Source: Eledone cirrhosa
Taxonomy: Eukaryota
Length of the DNA stretch: 64,000 nt
NCBI GenBank assembly: GCA_964016885.1
Contig: OZ024764.1
Coordinates: 17,670,001-17,734,000, forward strand
Direction of reading: 5' to 3'
Each line of letters begins with the position of its first letter. Within the stretch, counting starts at the first letter, position 1. The position numbers and the translations under genes are program-made. Positions 1 to 14,331 of the stretch are shown here, in pieces. A model generated the notes under the pieces. That model did no database searches, was not told where the DNA came from, and was given only the letters and a program-made list of their open reading frames with translations.

Positions 1-1766
1 TAGTGTAGTGTAGGTGTTGTGTGGTGTGGTGTAGTGTGGTGTGGTGTAGTGTAATGTGGTGTAGTATGGTGTAGTGTGGTGTGGTGTAGTGTGGTGTGGT
101 GTAGTGTAGTGTGGTGTAGTGTGGTGTGGTGTAGTGTAGGTGTTGTGTGGTGTAGTGTAGGTGTTGTGTGGTGTAGTGTGGGTGTTGTGGTGTAGTGATG
201 GTGTTGTGGTGTAGTGTAGGTGTTGTGTGGTGTAGTGAGGGTGTTGTGTGGGTGTTGTGTTGTGTAGTGAGGGTGTTGTGTGGTGTAGTGTAGGTGTTGT
301 GTGGTGTAGTGTGGTGTAGTGAGGGTGTTGTAGTGTAGGTGTTGTGTGGTGTAGTGAGGGTGTTGTGGTGTAGTGTAGGTGTTGTGTGGTGTAGTGAGGG
401 TGTTGTGGTGTAGTGTAGGTGTGGTGTAGTGCAGGTGTAGTGTAGGTGTAGTGTAGTGTAGGTGTTGTGGTGTAGTGTAGGTGTTGTGTGGTGTAGTGTA
501 GGTGTTGTGTAGTGTGGGTGTTGCGTGGTGTAGTGTAGATGTTGTGTGGTGTAGTGAAGGTATTGTGGTGTAGTGTAGGTGTTGTGTGGTGTAGTGTAGA
601 TGTTGTGTGGTGTAGTGAGGGTGTTTTGGTGTAGTGTGGGTGTTGTGTGGTGTGGTGTAGTGTAGATGTTGTTTAGTGTAGATGTTGTGTGGTGTAGTGT
701 AGGTGTAGTGTAGTGTAGGTGTTGTGGTGTAGTGTAGGTGTTGTGTGGTGTAGTGTAGGTGTTGTGTAGTGTGGGTGTTGTGTTGTGTAGTGTAGTGTAG
801 TGTAGATGTTGTGTGGTGTAGTGTAGGTGTTGTGTAGTGTAGGTGTTGTGTGGTGTAGTGTAGGTGTTGTGTAGTGTAGTGTAGGTGTTGTGTGGTGTAG
901 TGTAGGTGTTGTGTAGTGTAGGTGTTGGGTGGTGTAGTGTAGATGTTGTGTGGTGTAGTGAGGTGTTGTGGTGTAGTGTAGGTGGTGTGTGGTGTAGTGT
1001 AGATGTTGTGTGGTGTAGTGTAGATGTTGTGTGGTGTAGTGAAGGTGTTGCGGTGTAGTGTAGGTGTTGTGTAGTGTAGTGTAGGTGTTGTGGCATAGTG
1101 TAGGTGTTGTGTGGTGTAGTGTAGGTGTTGTGTGGTGTAGTGTAGGTGTTGTGTAGTGTAGTGTAGGTGTTGTGGCATAGTGTAGGTGTTGTGTGGTGTA
1201 GTGTAGGTGTTGTGGTGTAGTGTAGGTGTTGTGTGGTGTAGTGTAGGTGTTGTGTGGTGTAGTGTAGTGTAGGTGTTGTGGTGTAGTGTAGGTGTTGTGT
1301 GGTGTAGTGTAGGTGTTGTGGTGTAGTGTAGGTGTTGTGTGGTGTAGTGTAGGTGTTGGGTGGTGTAGTGTGGTGTAGTGTAGGTGTTGTGTAGTGTAGT
1401 GTAGATGTTGTGTGGTGTAGTGTAGGTGTTGTGTAGTGTAGGTGTTGTGTGGTGTAGTGTAGGTGTTGTGTGGTGTAGTGTGGCTGTTGTGGTGTAGTGT
1501 AGGTGTTGTGTGGTGTAGTGTAGGTGTTGTGTGGTGTAGTGTAGATGTTGTGTGGTGTAGTGAGGGTGTTGTGTGGTGTAGTGTGGTGTAGTGTAGTGTA
1601 GTATAGTGTAGTGTAGTGTGGTGTGGTGTAGTGTAGTTTAGTGTGGTGTAGTGTAGTGTGGTGTGGTGTAGTATGGTGTAGTGTTGTGTGGTGTAGTGTA
1701 GGTGTTGTGTAGTGTGGTGTAGTGCAGTGCGGTGCGGTCCAGCACGGCGTGGCGTAGTGTAGTGTA
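1..1766 (+). repeat. Degenerate pentamer-based simple satellite (GTAGT/GTGGT/GTTGT; ~22-24 bp higher unit GTGGTGTAGTGTAGGTGTTGT)
   Basis: Continuous GT-rich array, truncated by the window start. Confidence 0.95.
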
Positions 1767-3533
1767 CCTACACTACACAACACCTACACTACACCACACT
1801 ACACCACACTACACCACACTACACCACACTACACCACACTACACCTACACAACACCACACTACACCACACTACACCACACTACACCACACTACACTACAC
1901 AACACCCTCACTACACCACACAACACCTACACTACACCACAACACCCTCACTACACCACACAACACCTACACTACACCACAACAGCCACACTACACCACA
2001 CAACACCCTCACTACACCACACAACACCTACACTACACCACAACACCCACACTACACCACAACACCCTCACTACACCACAAAACACCTACACTACACCAC
2101 AACACCCTCACTACACCACACAACACCTACACTACACCACACTACACCACACTACACTACACAACACCCTCACTACACCACACAACACCTACACTACACC
2201 ACAACAACCACACTACACCACACAACACCTACACTACACCACACTACACCACACTACACTACACAACACCCTCACTACACAACACAACACCCACACTACA
2301 CCACACAACACCCTCACTACACCACACAACACCTACACTACACCACAACACCTTCACTACACCACACAACACCCTCACTACACCACAACACCCTCACTAC
2401 ACCACACAACACCTACACTACACCACAACACCTTCACTACACCACACAACACCCTCACTACACCACAACACCCTCACTACACCACAACACCCTCACTACA
2501 CCACAACACCCTCACTACACCACAACACCCTCACTACACCACACAACACCTACACTACACCACAACACCTACACTACACCACACAACACCTACACTACAC
2601 CACAACACCTTCACTACACCACACAACACCTACACTACACCACAACACCCTCACTACACCACACAACACCTACACTACACCACAACACCTTCACTACACC
2701 ACACAACACACACACTACACCACAACACCCTCACTACACCAAAACACCTACACTACACCACACAACACCTACACTACACCACAACACCCTCACTACACCA
2801 CACAACACCTACACTACACCACAACACCCTCACTATACCACACAACACCTACACTACACCACACAACACCCTCACTACACCACAACACCCTCACTACACC
2901 ACAACACCCTCACTACACCACACAACACCTACACTACACCACAACACCCTCACTACACCACACAACACCCACACTACACCACAACACCCTCACTACACCA
3001 CACAACACCTACACTACACCACAACACTTACACTACACCACACAACACCTACACTACACCACAACACCTTCACTACACCACACAACACCCTCACTACACC
3101 ACAACACCCTCACTACACCACAACACCCTCACTACACCACACAACACCCACACTACACCACAACACCCTCACTACACCACAACACCCTCACTACACCACA
3201 ACACCCTCACTACACCACAACACCCACACTACACCACACAACACCCTCACTACACCACACAACACCTACACTACACCACACTACACCACACTACACCACA
3301 CTACACCACACTACACCACACAACACCTACACTACACCACAACACCGTCACTACACCACACAACACCCACACTACACCACAACACCCTCACTACACCACA
3401 ACACCCTCACTACACCACACAACACCTACACTACACCACAACACCCTCACTACACCACACAACACCTACACTACACCACACAACACCCTCACTACACCAC
3501 AACACCCTCACTACACCACACAACACCTACACT
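1767..3533 (-). repeat. Same satellite in inverted orientation (ACTAC/ACCAC/ACAAC)
   Basis: Units are the reverse complement of those in 1-1766; the strand switch is at ...gtagtgta|cctacactacac. Confidence 0.95.
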
Positions 3534-3561
3534 CGTTGTTCAAACTTCACAACTTTTACAG

Positions 3562-3825
3562 AACATGGATCGTGCAGCTAGGACAATGGAACTATGGAAC
3601 AGTCTTTGCAAATACATTAAAATGATGTCCATAAATGACTACGTGTATCGTCAGTTCTTTATGTCACATTTAGCTAGTCGTATGATGATGTCCTTGATGG
3701 CAGAAGATACCCTGTTAACCAAAAATATGGCCTATACAATCATAGACGCCATAAATGAACTCCAGAATGGGCCCAGCCACAAACAAAAGTGCACCCTGGT
3801 TGGTATGGTGTACGAAATAGCTGTG
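3562..3825 (+). CDS. Putative internal coding exon A of an unidentified gene (88 aa, [14 protein letters not shown]...GMVYEIAV)
   Basis: Acceptor aacttttacAG at 3560-61, donor GTATGT at 3826, 264 nt open, phase 0-0; a complex-sequence island between simple repeats. Confidence 0.72.
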
Positions 3826-3880
3826 GTATGTATAGACATATACCATACACACAAATATATATATGTATATATATATATAT

Positions 3881-3966
<86 letters not shown>

Positions 3967-4186
3967 GTATATATATATATTTCGTTTCTGAATTTGTTTA
4001 GCAAGATTCTTTATCTGAAATCGTGTGTTGAAACCGATATTGTTATACTTTGGGAAGGTCATGTTGCAAATAAGAAACACACGCACCAGTTGCTTTCACT
4101 TCAATTTATTATATATTTATAAATTTACAAATTTATAAATTTCTGGTTGGTTGGTTGGTTCCACAACTAGATAGTTGTTTATATAT

Positions 4187-4231
4187 AGTCATAGTTCTTT
4201 CGTCACACACTCTGTGACCTCTTCAGTGACT
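4187..4231 (-). ncRNA. Minimal type-I hammerhead ribozyme motif (family C, left arm)
   Basis: Reverse complement of 4806-4850. Confidence 0.65.
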
Positions 4232-4805
4232 GGGGATTCCTTTCTTTGTTTCTGTGCCTCTCCTTTGTTCTGTCCTACGCCATTTTGTTTCTGTGTGTGT
4301 GTTGTGTGCTCAGTCTGCGCATGCGCCACATCCGGGTGTCTGTGTGTGTTTATGTTCATTTATCTATTTGTTTATTTACATGTTACTGGTTGGTTGTTTG
4401 TTCTATGTGTGTGTGTGTTTTCATTTTGTCCTTACTTGTAAGTTGTGATGTTGCTGTTCCACTCATATTTTCTATTTAATTTTGGTTGTAATTCTTTTAT
4501 GTTTATTGCCTCTGTAATAAAAGAATTACAACCAAAATAAAAGAATTACAACCAAAATTAAATAGAAAATATGAGTGGAACAGCAACATCACAACTTACA
4601 AGTAAGGACAAAGTGAAAACACACACACACATAGAACAAACAACCAACCAGTAACATGTAAATAAACAAATAGATAAATGAACATAAACACACACAGACA
4701 CCCGGATGTGGCGCATGCGCAGACTGAGCACACAACACACACACAGAAACAAAATGGCGTAGGACAGAACAAAGGAGAGGCACAGAAACAAAGAAAGGAA
4801 TCCCC

Positions 4806-4850
4806 AGTCACTGAAGAGGTCACAGAGTGTGTGACGAAAGAACTATGACT
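4806..4850 (+). ncRNA. Minimal type-I hammerhead ribozyme motif (family C, right arm)
   Basis: AGUCA-CUGAAGA-g-GUCACA(gagug)UGUGAC-GAAA-G(aa)C-UA/UGACU; stem I 5 bp, stem II 6 bp, very short stem III, one extra G before stem II. Confidence 0.65.
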
Positions 4851-5057
4851 ATATATAAACAGCTATCTGGTTGTGCAACCAACCAACCAACCAGAAATTT
4901 ATAAATTTGTAAATTTATAAATATATAATAAATTGAAGTGAAAGCAACTGGTGCGTGTGTTTCTTATTGGCAACATGACCCTCCCACAGTATAACAATAT
5001 ATATATATATATATATGTATATTTATTTATATATATATGTATATTTATTCATATATC

Positions 5058-5245
5058 ATCATCATCATCATCATCATCAACGTTTAACGTCCGTGTTCCA
5101 CACTTGCATGGGTTTGGACGGGGGTTTTCCCACTTGAGGCAAGAGTGATTTTCTTGCTCGCATAGGACTGTCTGGCGGGTTTTCTACAGCTGGATGCCCT
5201 TCCTAACACCAACCACATTTACAGTGTGGGGCTGGGAGGTTTTTA
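5058..5245 (-). mobile_element. SINE 3' part with (GAT)n tail; related fragment at 46356-46430
   Basis: Minus strand has ggttggtgttaggaagggcatccagctgtaga ... ggacgttaaacgttgatgatgat; the central motif recurs at 46356. Confidence 0.6.
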
Positions 5246-5254
5246 CCGTATGTA

Positions 5255-5332
<78 letters not shown>

Positions 5333-5337
5333 AATAA

Positions 5338-5570
5338 ACCATCCCACTCGCCACCCTCTCCTACCACCAGAAAAGATATAAATACCACCACATTTATTTG
5401 GACAGTCAGATTCCTGATGATTTCTCAAGAATGAAACAGTTCTAGACCTGTAGAATCTCATCTATATTAAAACTATATATATATATATAGTTTTAATATA
5501 GATGAGATTCTACAGGACTAGAACTGTTTCATTCTTTAGAAATTATCAGATGATTTCTAAAGAATGAAAC
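5338..5570 (+). mobile_element. Hammerhead-bearing element family B with inverted partial copy across a (TA)n centre
   Basis: 5408-5472 is mirrored by 5489-5549; homologous to 7362-7566, 47074-47271 and 59333-59483. Confidence 0.75.
5408..5458 (+). ncRNA. Type-I hammerhead ribozyme motif (family B)
   Basis: AGAUUC-CUGAUGA-uUUC(ucaa)GAAu-GAA-ACAG(uucuagac)CUGU-A/GAAUCU; GUA cleavage triplet; stem II is weak with a U-U base pair. Confidence 0.7.
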
Positions 5571-5662
5571 TTTGCCTTTCATCCTTACGGGGTTGATAAA
5601 ATAAAGTACCAGTAATGTACTGGGTAATTGCTGGCCTTGTGCCAAAAGTAGAAACAATTATT
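5569..5662 (+). mobile_element. 3' part of tRNA-derived SINE (Nin/Deu-like central domain)
   Basis: ctttgcctttcatccttacggggttgataaaataaagtaccagt, matching 8581-8764. Confidence 0.7.
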
Positions 5663-6069
5663 ATTAATATTATTATTATTCTCTACATTCCTTACATCAA
5701 ACTAAAATATGTTGACAATCTTTTAATAATGTCTTCCTTGTGAAATTTGTGGTCTTGTTTTGCTTAACTCATGAATATTTCCAGCTCTGCGCACCTAACT
5801 TCCGCATGAACCCAGCCACCTAGCTGCTTTCCACTGCATATTGCACATTGAGCACATGCCTTTACGCTTTGGCTTCTAACTAATTCACCAATCTCTCCTC
5901 TCCTATCTCCATCTCTCTCTTTAAGATTGGTTACTCTTGAACTGGGTATATATTTATATATATATATATATAAAATATTAAAAAAATAATGAATAAAACA
6001 ATGAAATTGTTATTACATTGAGTTCTTCATACGGATTGGACACTACCGTAAACTCTTGGTAGATTTATC

Positions 6070-6381
<312 letters not shown>

Positions 6382-6473
6382 ATATATATAAATATATATA
6401 TAAATATATATATATATTTATATAAATATAAATTAGCGAGAATCGTATATTGGCTTAGGAATTAACGAAAAAC

Positions 6474-6556
<83 letters not shown>

Positions 6557-6559
<3 letters not shown>

Positions 6560-6656
6560 CGTTTCTAAATTTGTTTAGCAAGATTCTTTATCTGAAAACG
6601 TGTGTTGAAACGGATATTGTTATGCTTTTGTTATGCCCTCCCAAAGCATAACAATA
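6557..6656. mobile_element. Internally deleted derivative of family C
   Basis: Same first ~70 bp as 3980-4050 and same end as 4979-5000 (ccctcccaaagcataacaatat); the ~900-bp palindrome interior is missing. Confidence 0.8.
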
Positions 6657-6772
6657 TATATATATATAAAGATTTACATATACATAAAGTGACAGATATA
6701 TATATGGCAACCAGTCACATTGTGGCTCAATGAAGAATTAATAAATTAAATAATCAGAGCAATATATCATAA

Positions 6773-7109
6773 ATCATGTCCTTAGAATTATTAGATAAAA
6801 TATATACCATTTCCTCTCCCAATTAGCATAATTAACCATATTAAAAAAATCAATTAGACCAGGCTATAAGAATAAAGGCTCCTATGAAGAAATATTTGAT
6901 AAATAACCGAAGGTGGCCTCTTCGCGGTGACCCCAATAGAGTATTTACCCAACATTTCAACAGCATGTAGAAACTGACTAAATATACTGTCAACCATACA
7001 CAATTAGGTGTAAATTTAAACTGGTCTAATTGATTTTTTTATATGGTTAATTATGCTAATTGGGAGAGGAAATAGTATATATTTTATCTAATAATTCTAA
7101 GGACATGAT
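6773..7109. mobile_element. MITE-like or fold-back element with ~89-bp inverted repeats
   Basis: 6773-6861 is the reverse complement of 7021-7109; ~160-bp spacer. Confidence 0.55.
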
Positions 7110-7361
7110 ATATTATATATATATATATATATTTATAACGAAAAAAAGATGAAATCGAAAATGCAACTGGAGTCTTATTTTTTTTAAAATATATATATTT
7201 ATTTGGTTCCTTTATCGGTTTCGCAGTTCTTCTGCTTTTCAAAAGTAGAGTTGAGATGGAGGGTCTGTGGTTTTTCTCACATATTTATATATATATATAT
7301 ATAAAGCCTTAAAGAATTAGCTTTTAATGAATTCCCTTTTCTTTCAACCAATGACCTCCAC

Positions 7362-7566
7362 CCATCCCACTCCCCACCCTCTCCTACCACCAGAAAAGAT
7401 ATAAATACCACAACATTTATTTGGACAGTCAGATTCCTGATGATTTTTCAAGAATGAAACAGTTCTAGTCCTGTAGAATCTCATCTATATTAAAACTTTT
7501 ATACTCTGTTTTGTATTGAGTACCTTACTTACTGTGGTTACCTCCGATTCAACCCGGAATAACTTA
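7362..7566 (+). mobile_element. Family B element with hammerhead motif at 7431-7481 and complete 3' tail
   Basis: agattc-ctgatga-...-gaaacag...ctgta-gaatct, then gtattgagtaccttacttactgtggttacctccgattcaacccggaataac and (TA)n. Confidence 0.75.
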
Positions 7567-7567
7567 C

Positions 7568-7604
<37 letters not shown>

Positions 7605-7665
7605 GTGTGTGTATATATATATATATTTATATATTTATATATATATATATTTATATATATATATA

Positions 7666-7816
<151 letters not shown>

Positions 7817-7839
7817 CTATATATCAATATCTATATATA

Positions 7840-7947
<108 letters not shown>

Positions 7948-7987
7948 ATATTCTATATATATATATATATTCTCTCTCTATATATAT

Positions 7988-8018
<31 letters not shown>

Positions 8019-8032
8019 TCTATATATATATA

Positions 8033-8077
<45 letters not shown>

Positions 8078-8324
8078 TATATATACACATATATATACAC
8101 ATATATATACATATATATATATATATTTAATTAGTTGTTGCTGAAACCTTGGAAGCTCTTCAGGAATCACAATATAGAAGTATTCGAGACATTCATGGTA
8201 TGTATTTCATTCTCCCCCCCCTCTCCCCCCCCCCCTCTCTCTCCCTCTCCCCCATCTCCCCCCTCTCTCCCCCTCTCTCTCCCTCTCCCCCCTCTCTCAC
8301 CCCCCCTCTCTCTCTCACTATATA

Positions 8325-8352
<28 letters not shown>

Positions 8353-8357
<5 letters not shown>

Positions 8358-8546
8358 TGTTTCTACTTTAGGCACAAGGCCAGCAATTACTCAGCGCATT
8401 ACTGGTACTTTATTTTATCGACCCCCCGTAAGGATGAAAGGCAAAGTTAACCTCGGCGGGATTTGAACTCAGATCATACAGGGAGGTAACTCTATGCTTC
8501 AAAGCATGGCGCCCAACCCTCTACCGATACGGCCAATTCACCGCCC
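8353..8546 (-). mobile_element. tRNA-derived SINE (Nin/Deu-like domain)
   Basis: Minus strand: gggcggtgaattggccgtatcgg (A-box-like), gagttcaaatcc (B-box), gcctttcatccttacgggg..tcgataaaataaagtaccagt, (ATT)n tail. Confidence 0.8.
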
Positions 8547-8580
8547 ATAACAATATTATTTATACTTATATATGGCATTT

Positions 8581-8764
8581 GGATTGGCAGTATCAGTAGA
8601 GGGTTGGACGCCATGCTTTGAAGCATAGAGTTACCTCCCTGTATGATCTGAGTTCAAATCGCGCCGAGGTTAACTTTGCCTTTCATCCTTACGGGGTCGA
8701 TAAAATAAAGTACCAGTAATGCACTGGTAAATTGCTGGCCTTGTGCCAAAAGTAGAAACAATTA
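8581..8764 (+). mobile_element. tRNA-derived SINE (Nin/Deu-like domain), head-to-head with 8353-8546
   Basis: Near reverse complement of the preceding copy, 34-bp spacer. Confidence 0.8.
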
Positions 8765-8962
8765 TTTATACTTATATATACACTATAAACAACTATAAAC
8801 AGGAAAGGTCAGTAATGTATTACTACCCTATTACCTGTAAGAGAAATAGCTCAATGTAAGAACATCAGGTGTTTTACAGAGCAGGAATATAAATTACACA
8901 ATCAAAGTTATGTTCAAATCATTTTATGGCTGATTTGAACATAACTTTGATTGTGTTGTGTA

Positions 8963-9031
<69 letters not shown>

Positions 9032-9033
<2 letters not shown>

Positions 9034-9210
9034 AACCAGTAAGACCCCGACAGCTGAGCTCAAGGCGTTTCGACGGCTAATTCAGCCGTCGAAACGGCTT
9101 GAGCTCAGCTGTCGGGGTCTTACTGGTTCCTATTACCCACTCTACTACCTCAAGTATTGAGTACTTTGGTGCGTTATGGTCCACCTGGTTCCTTACCACA
9201 TTTCCTTCGT
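9032..9210 (+). mobile_element. Family A hairpin element (copy 1 of 10)
   Basis: ~100-bp palindrome ggaa...gtttcgacggct/agccgtcgaaac...ttcc plus 80-bp tail ending ttccttcgt; (TA)n both sides. Confidence 0.85.
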
Positions 9211-9264
9211 TATATATATATATATATAAATTACACAACACAATCAAAGTTATATATATGCTAG

Positions 9265-9318
<54 letters not shown>

Positions 9319-9353
9319 AATTGTTTCTTTGTTTATTCATTATTTTTTTAATA

Positions 9354-9397
<44 letters not shown>

Positions 9398-9657
9398 CTA
9401 GCAGATGTACCCGGCGTTGCTCGGGAAATGAATGACAGCCTGAATTGTTCAAGGTCGTTTATGGCTTAGCTAGCAATTTCTGAGTGCATGTCAGCTTATG
9501 TCAGCTAATGGGTTAGCCAATGAGAGCTTGCCTCAATAGCACGTGCCAAATCGGCCTAGTGCTTCAAAAGTTAAAAGGAGCCTAGTATTTGTACACAGAC
9601 AGACAGACAGACAGACACACAGACACACACAGACAGACTTGCTTTTATATATATAGA
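9398..9657 (-). mobile_element. Non-autonomous Helitron
   Basis: Minus strand: A|TCTATATATATAAAAGC start, internal (GTCT)n, subterminal hairpin CCCG-agcaacgc-CGGG, CTAG|T end. Confidence 0.85.
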
Positions 9658-9665
9658 TATTTATT

Positions 9666-9712
9666 TGCTGACAATTGTTTCTTCCAGAGGGATGTCTGGA
9701 TTCATCAGAGCA
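9666..9712 (-). ncRNA. Minimal hammerhead motif (family E, copy 1)
   Basis: UGCU-CUGAUGA-aUCCAGA(cauccc)UCUGGAa-GAA-ACAAUUGU-C/AGCA; palindromic stem III, GUC triplet. Confidence 0.78.
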
Positions 9713-9726
9713 TATATATATATATA

Positions 9727-9770
9727 TGCTGACAATTGTTTCTTCCAGATGGATGTCTGGATTCATCAGA

Positions 9771-9773
<3 letters not shown>
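9727..9773 (-). ncRNA. Minimal hammerhead motif (family E, copy 2)
   Basis: Direct repeat of 9666-9712 at 61-nt period, one loop substitution. Confidence 0.78.
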
Positions 9774-9830
<57 letters not shown>

Positions 9831-9930
9831 TATTAACAATATGTTATGCCATCTTCAGACAAAATACAATATAAACAGTCTGTGACCATATATATATATA
9901 TATATATATGGTCACAGAGACACAGAAACT

Positions 9931-9964
<34 letters not shown>

Positions 9965-10013
9965 CACATATATGTTCACTGCTCCTTCCTCTTTCTTTTG
10001 TAAATCTCCATAG

Positions 10014-10137
10014 AGCAAGCAGGGGTTCATGTTCTCTAAGAAGCTGTATGACAACTCGAGGTCCCTAAGTAGCAAAGTTCTCACAGCTAGCGACATTAAA
10101 CAACTTCAGAATCTCGCACAACTTGGCTTCTATTCAC
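10014..10137 (+). CDS. Putative coding exon B (SKQGFMFSKKLYDNSRSLSSKVLTASDIKQLQNLAQLGFYS)
   Basis: Polypyrimidine tract and ccatAG acceptor, GTAAGG donor, 124 nt open, phase 0-1; compatible with exons A and C. Confidence 0.75.
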
Positions 10138-10229
10138 GTAAGGACTAACCTTAACTTTAGTCAACTAAACTACCTGTAACTCCTCTCTGTCACCGTGTCT
10201 GTCTATCTGTCTATCTATCAACACATGTG

Positions 10230-10264
<35 letters not shown>

Positions 10265-10451
10265 ATATATACATATATATTTATATATATATGAGTACAT
10301 ATATATATAAATATATATATGTGTGTGTGTGTATATATATATAGGTATATATATAAATATGTGTGTGTGTGTATATATATATATATACATACATATATAT
10401 ATATATGTATATAAATATATGCGTGTGTATATATATATATGTATGTATATA

Positions 10452-10506
<55 letters not shown>

Positions 10507-10537
10507 CAGAGAGAGAGGAATTATGGGTAGTTAAGTT

Positions 10538-10590
<53 letters not shown>

Positions 10591-10709
10591 GATATTTATA
10601 TATATATATATATATATATATAAATATATATATATGTATATGTCTATATATATACACACATACATACATATATACATACATACATACATATATATATATA
10701 TATACATAC

Positions 10710-10743
<34 letters not shown>

Positions 10744-10967
10744 GTATTTATGTATTCCTCTCAATTCAACCCAACAGCCGAGGTTCTACCAGATCTGATG
10801 AAGCCAGCTCTACCGGGTGAGGGGTCTAGCAAACTGCCAGATATTAGAAACCTGGGGTACTATATGATCTGCAATAAACCACAATTAAAGAATAAAAGGT
10901 CAAGAATTCTCCGCCCTGCAAAACCGAAAACTGTCGGTATGTTTATTGTAACCCTTTATTTCTTTAT

Positions 10968-11223
10968 CTGTCTGTCTGTCTGTCTGTATGTATGTATGTA
11001 TGTATGTGTATATATGTGTGTATGTATGTATGTATGTGTATATATGTGTGTATGTATGTCTGTATGTATGTATGTATTATGTATGTGTATATATGTGTGT
11101 ATGTATATATGTGTGTATGTATGTATGTATGTATGTATGTGTATATATGTGTGTATGTATGTATGTATGTCTGTCTGTATGTATGTATGTATGTATGTAT
11201 GTATGTATGTATGTATGTATGTG

Positions 11224-11257
<34 letters not shown>

Positions 11258-11273
11258 TGTATGTATGTCTGTC

Positions 11274-11307
<34 letters not shown>

Positions 11308-11389
11308 TGTATGTATGTATGTATGTATGTGTATATATGTGTGTATGTATGTATGTATGTATGTATGTATGTATGTATGTATGTATGTG

Positions 11390-11423
<34 letters not shown>

Positions 11424-11477
11424 TGTATGTATGTATGTGTGTGTGTATGTATGTATGTATGTATGTATGTATGTGTG
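10968..11477. repeat. (GTAT)n compound microsatellite
   Basis: Direct reading. Confidence 0.95.
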
Positions 11478-11750
11478 TCAGGTCACCAGTTGGTGCTACT
11501 GGTAACATGTATCCCAGTACAACCTGTCTCATGGTCAGGTCGTTGGCGACTAAACTGGCAACCCCACCAAGGTTTCTTGGTGAGGAGGGTGGCTTTGGAC
11601 ATCCTGCAGGACTAAAAACAAAACCTGTCAAAGGGCAAAGGAGCTCTTAAGAGTCAATGGCCATCCAAAATCACCGGGAGAGATGACCCCTTAGCCTTTG
11701 TCAAGGCAGAATTCTAGGAGAAGGAAAACTCTGACATAACACCTGCAACC
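11477..11750 (+). mobile_element. Probable RTE-type LINE 5' UTR fragment; homologous to 51219-51502
   Basis: Two diverged copies with several hairpins and a ctaggagaaggaaaactctga motif that I associate with RTE 5' UTRs. Confidence 0.5.
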
Positions 11751-12084
11751 CTGATGGTATCCAATGATGTTGAATTGTTCTTCTTTTTGGTAAATATCAT
11801 CTTGGTTAAGAGAGTGGGACTGGCTTTGTGCAGTGCCTTTGCTCACTATAAAAGCTACACGGCACAGGCATTGCTTTATATCTGGAGATCTCTCTGCACT
11901 TGTCGTCACATGGTACCATGGGCCCAGCACTATGTGTCAATAATTGTCACAAGTGTAGTGTTTGTACCAGAGTTTTCAAGTTGCTGGCTGGACTAAAAAG
12001 TCACATTCGTTCAGCGCATCGGTAGGGGTTCTCCTACAGGGATATAAAGTAGTGGCCGTACTCGAAAACGAGTTGGCAGCCACC

Positions 12085-13215
<1,131 letters not shown>

Positions 13216-13222
13216 ACTCAAG

Positions 13223-13289
13223 ATAGCAAATTCTATGCGAAGATTAGACCCAAGAAGATTAACATACGAGATATCAAGGTCTACCCAAT
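13223..13289 (+). CDS. Putative coding exon C ((H)[21 protein letters not shown](M))
   Basis: ctcaAG acceptor, GTAAGT donor, 67 nt, phase 1-2; bridges exons B and D in frame. Confidence 0.72.
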
Positions 13290-13534
13290 GTAAGTTAGTC
13301 TTTTATTCTTTCATTCCTTTAATCCAGAGGTTCTCAAGCTTTTGGGGTCCACAGGGCCCTTGTGACCCTATAAAACCTCAGCACCCCCACCTTCATTTTC
13401 AGAGGAAGCTACCTTAAATAATATATAATAAAATTATATATATAATCATTAATTTATATATATTAAATAATATAATATATACTATGTATATATACATATA
13501 TATATATATATGTGTATATACGTATGTGTATATA

Positions 13535-13588
<54 letters not shown>

Positions 13589-13707
13589 CATATATGTATA
13601 TACACATATATATACATATATACATACATATATGTATATATATACATATATATATGTATATATGTATACATATATATATACATATACATATATACATATA
13701 TATATAC

Positions 13708-13740
<33 letters not shown>

Positions 13741-13946
13741 CATATATATATATACATATATATATATACATATATATATATATACATATATATATATACA
13801 TATATATATATACATATATATATGTATATATATATGTATATACATATATATATATACATATATATATATATACATATATATATATATTTATACATATATA
13901 TATATATACATATATATATATACATATATATATATACATATATATA

Positions 13947-13996
<50 letters not shown>

Positions 13997-14056
13997 TACA
14001 TATATATATATATATACATATATATATATTATATATATACATATATATATATACAT

Positions 14057-14105
<49 letters not shown>

Positions 14106-14130
14106 TATACATATACATATATATACATAC

Positions 14131-14249
<119 letters not shown>

Positions 14250-14262
14250 CATATATATATAC

Positions 14263-14331
<69 letters not shown>

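Larger units (their letters stand above)
3980..5000. mobile_element. Fold-back Penelope-like (inverted pLTR-type) non-autonomous element, family C; ~460-bp inverted arms
   Basis: Arms ~4037-4500 and ~4517-5000 are reverse complements with about seven substitutions by eye; (TA)n on both sides; each arm carries a hammerhead motif. Confidence 0.75.

Noticed and set aside
1-3533. Telomere fusion site
   Set aside because: Units are not TTAGGG or another telomeric repeat I recognise.
1732-4122. 796-aa His/Thr-rich ORF
   Set aside because: Read-through of a stop-free satellite strand and (TA)n; only 3562-3825 looks like a real exon.
6862-7020. Degenerate GIY-YIG coding remnant in the inverted-repeat spacer
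   Set aside because: Frames are interrupted by stops and no recognisable motif is present.
10789-10872. CTGATGA...GAAACC..GGTA possible hammerhead
   Set aside because: No convincing stem II and stem I is not adjacent to the putative cleavage site.
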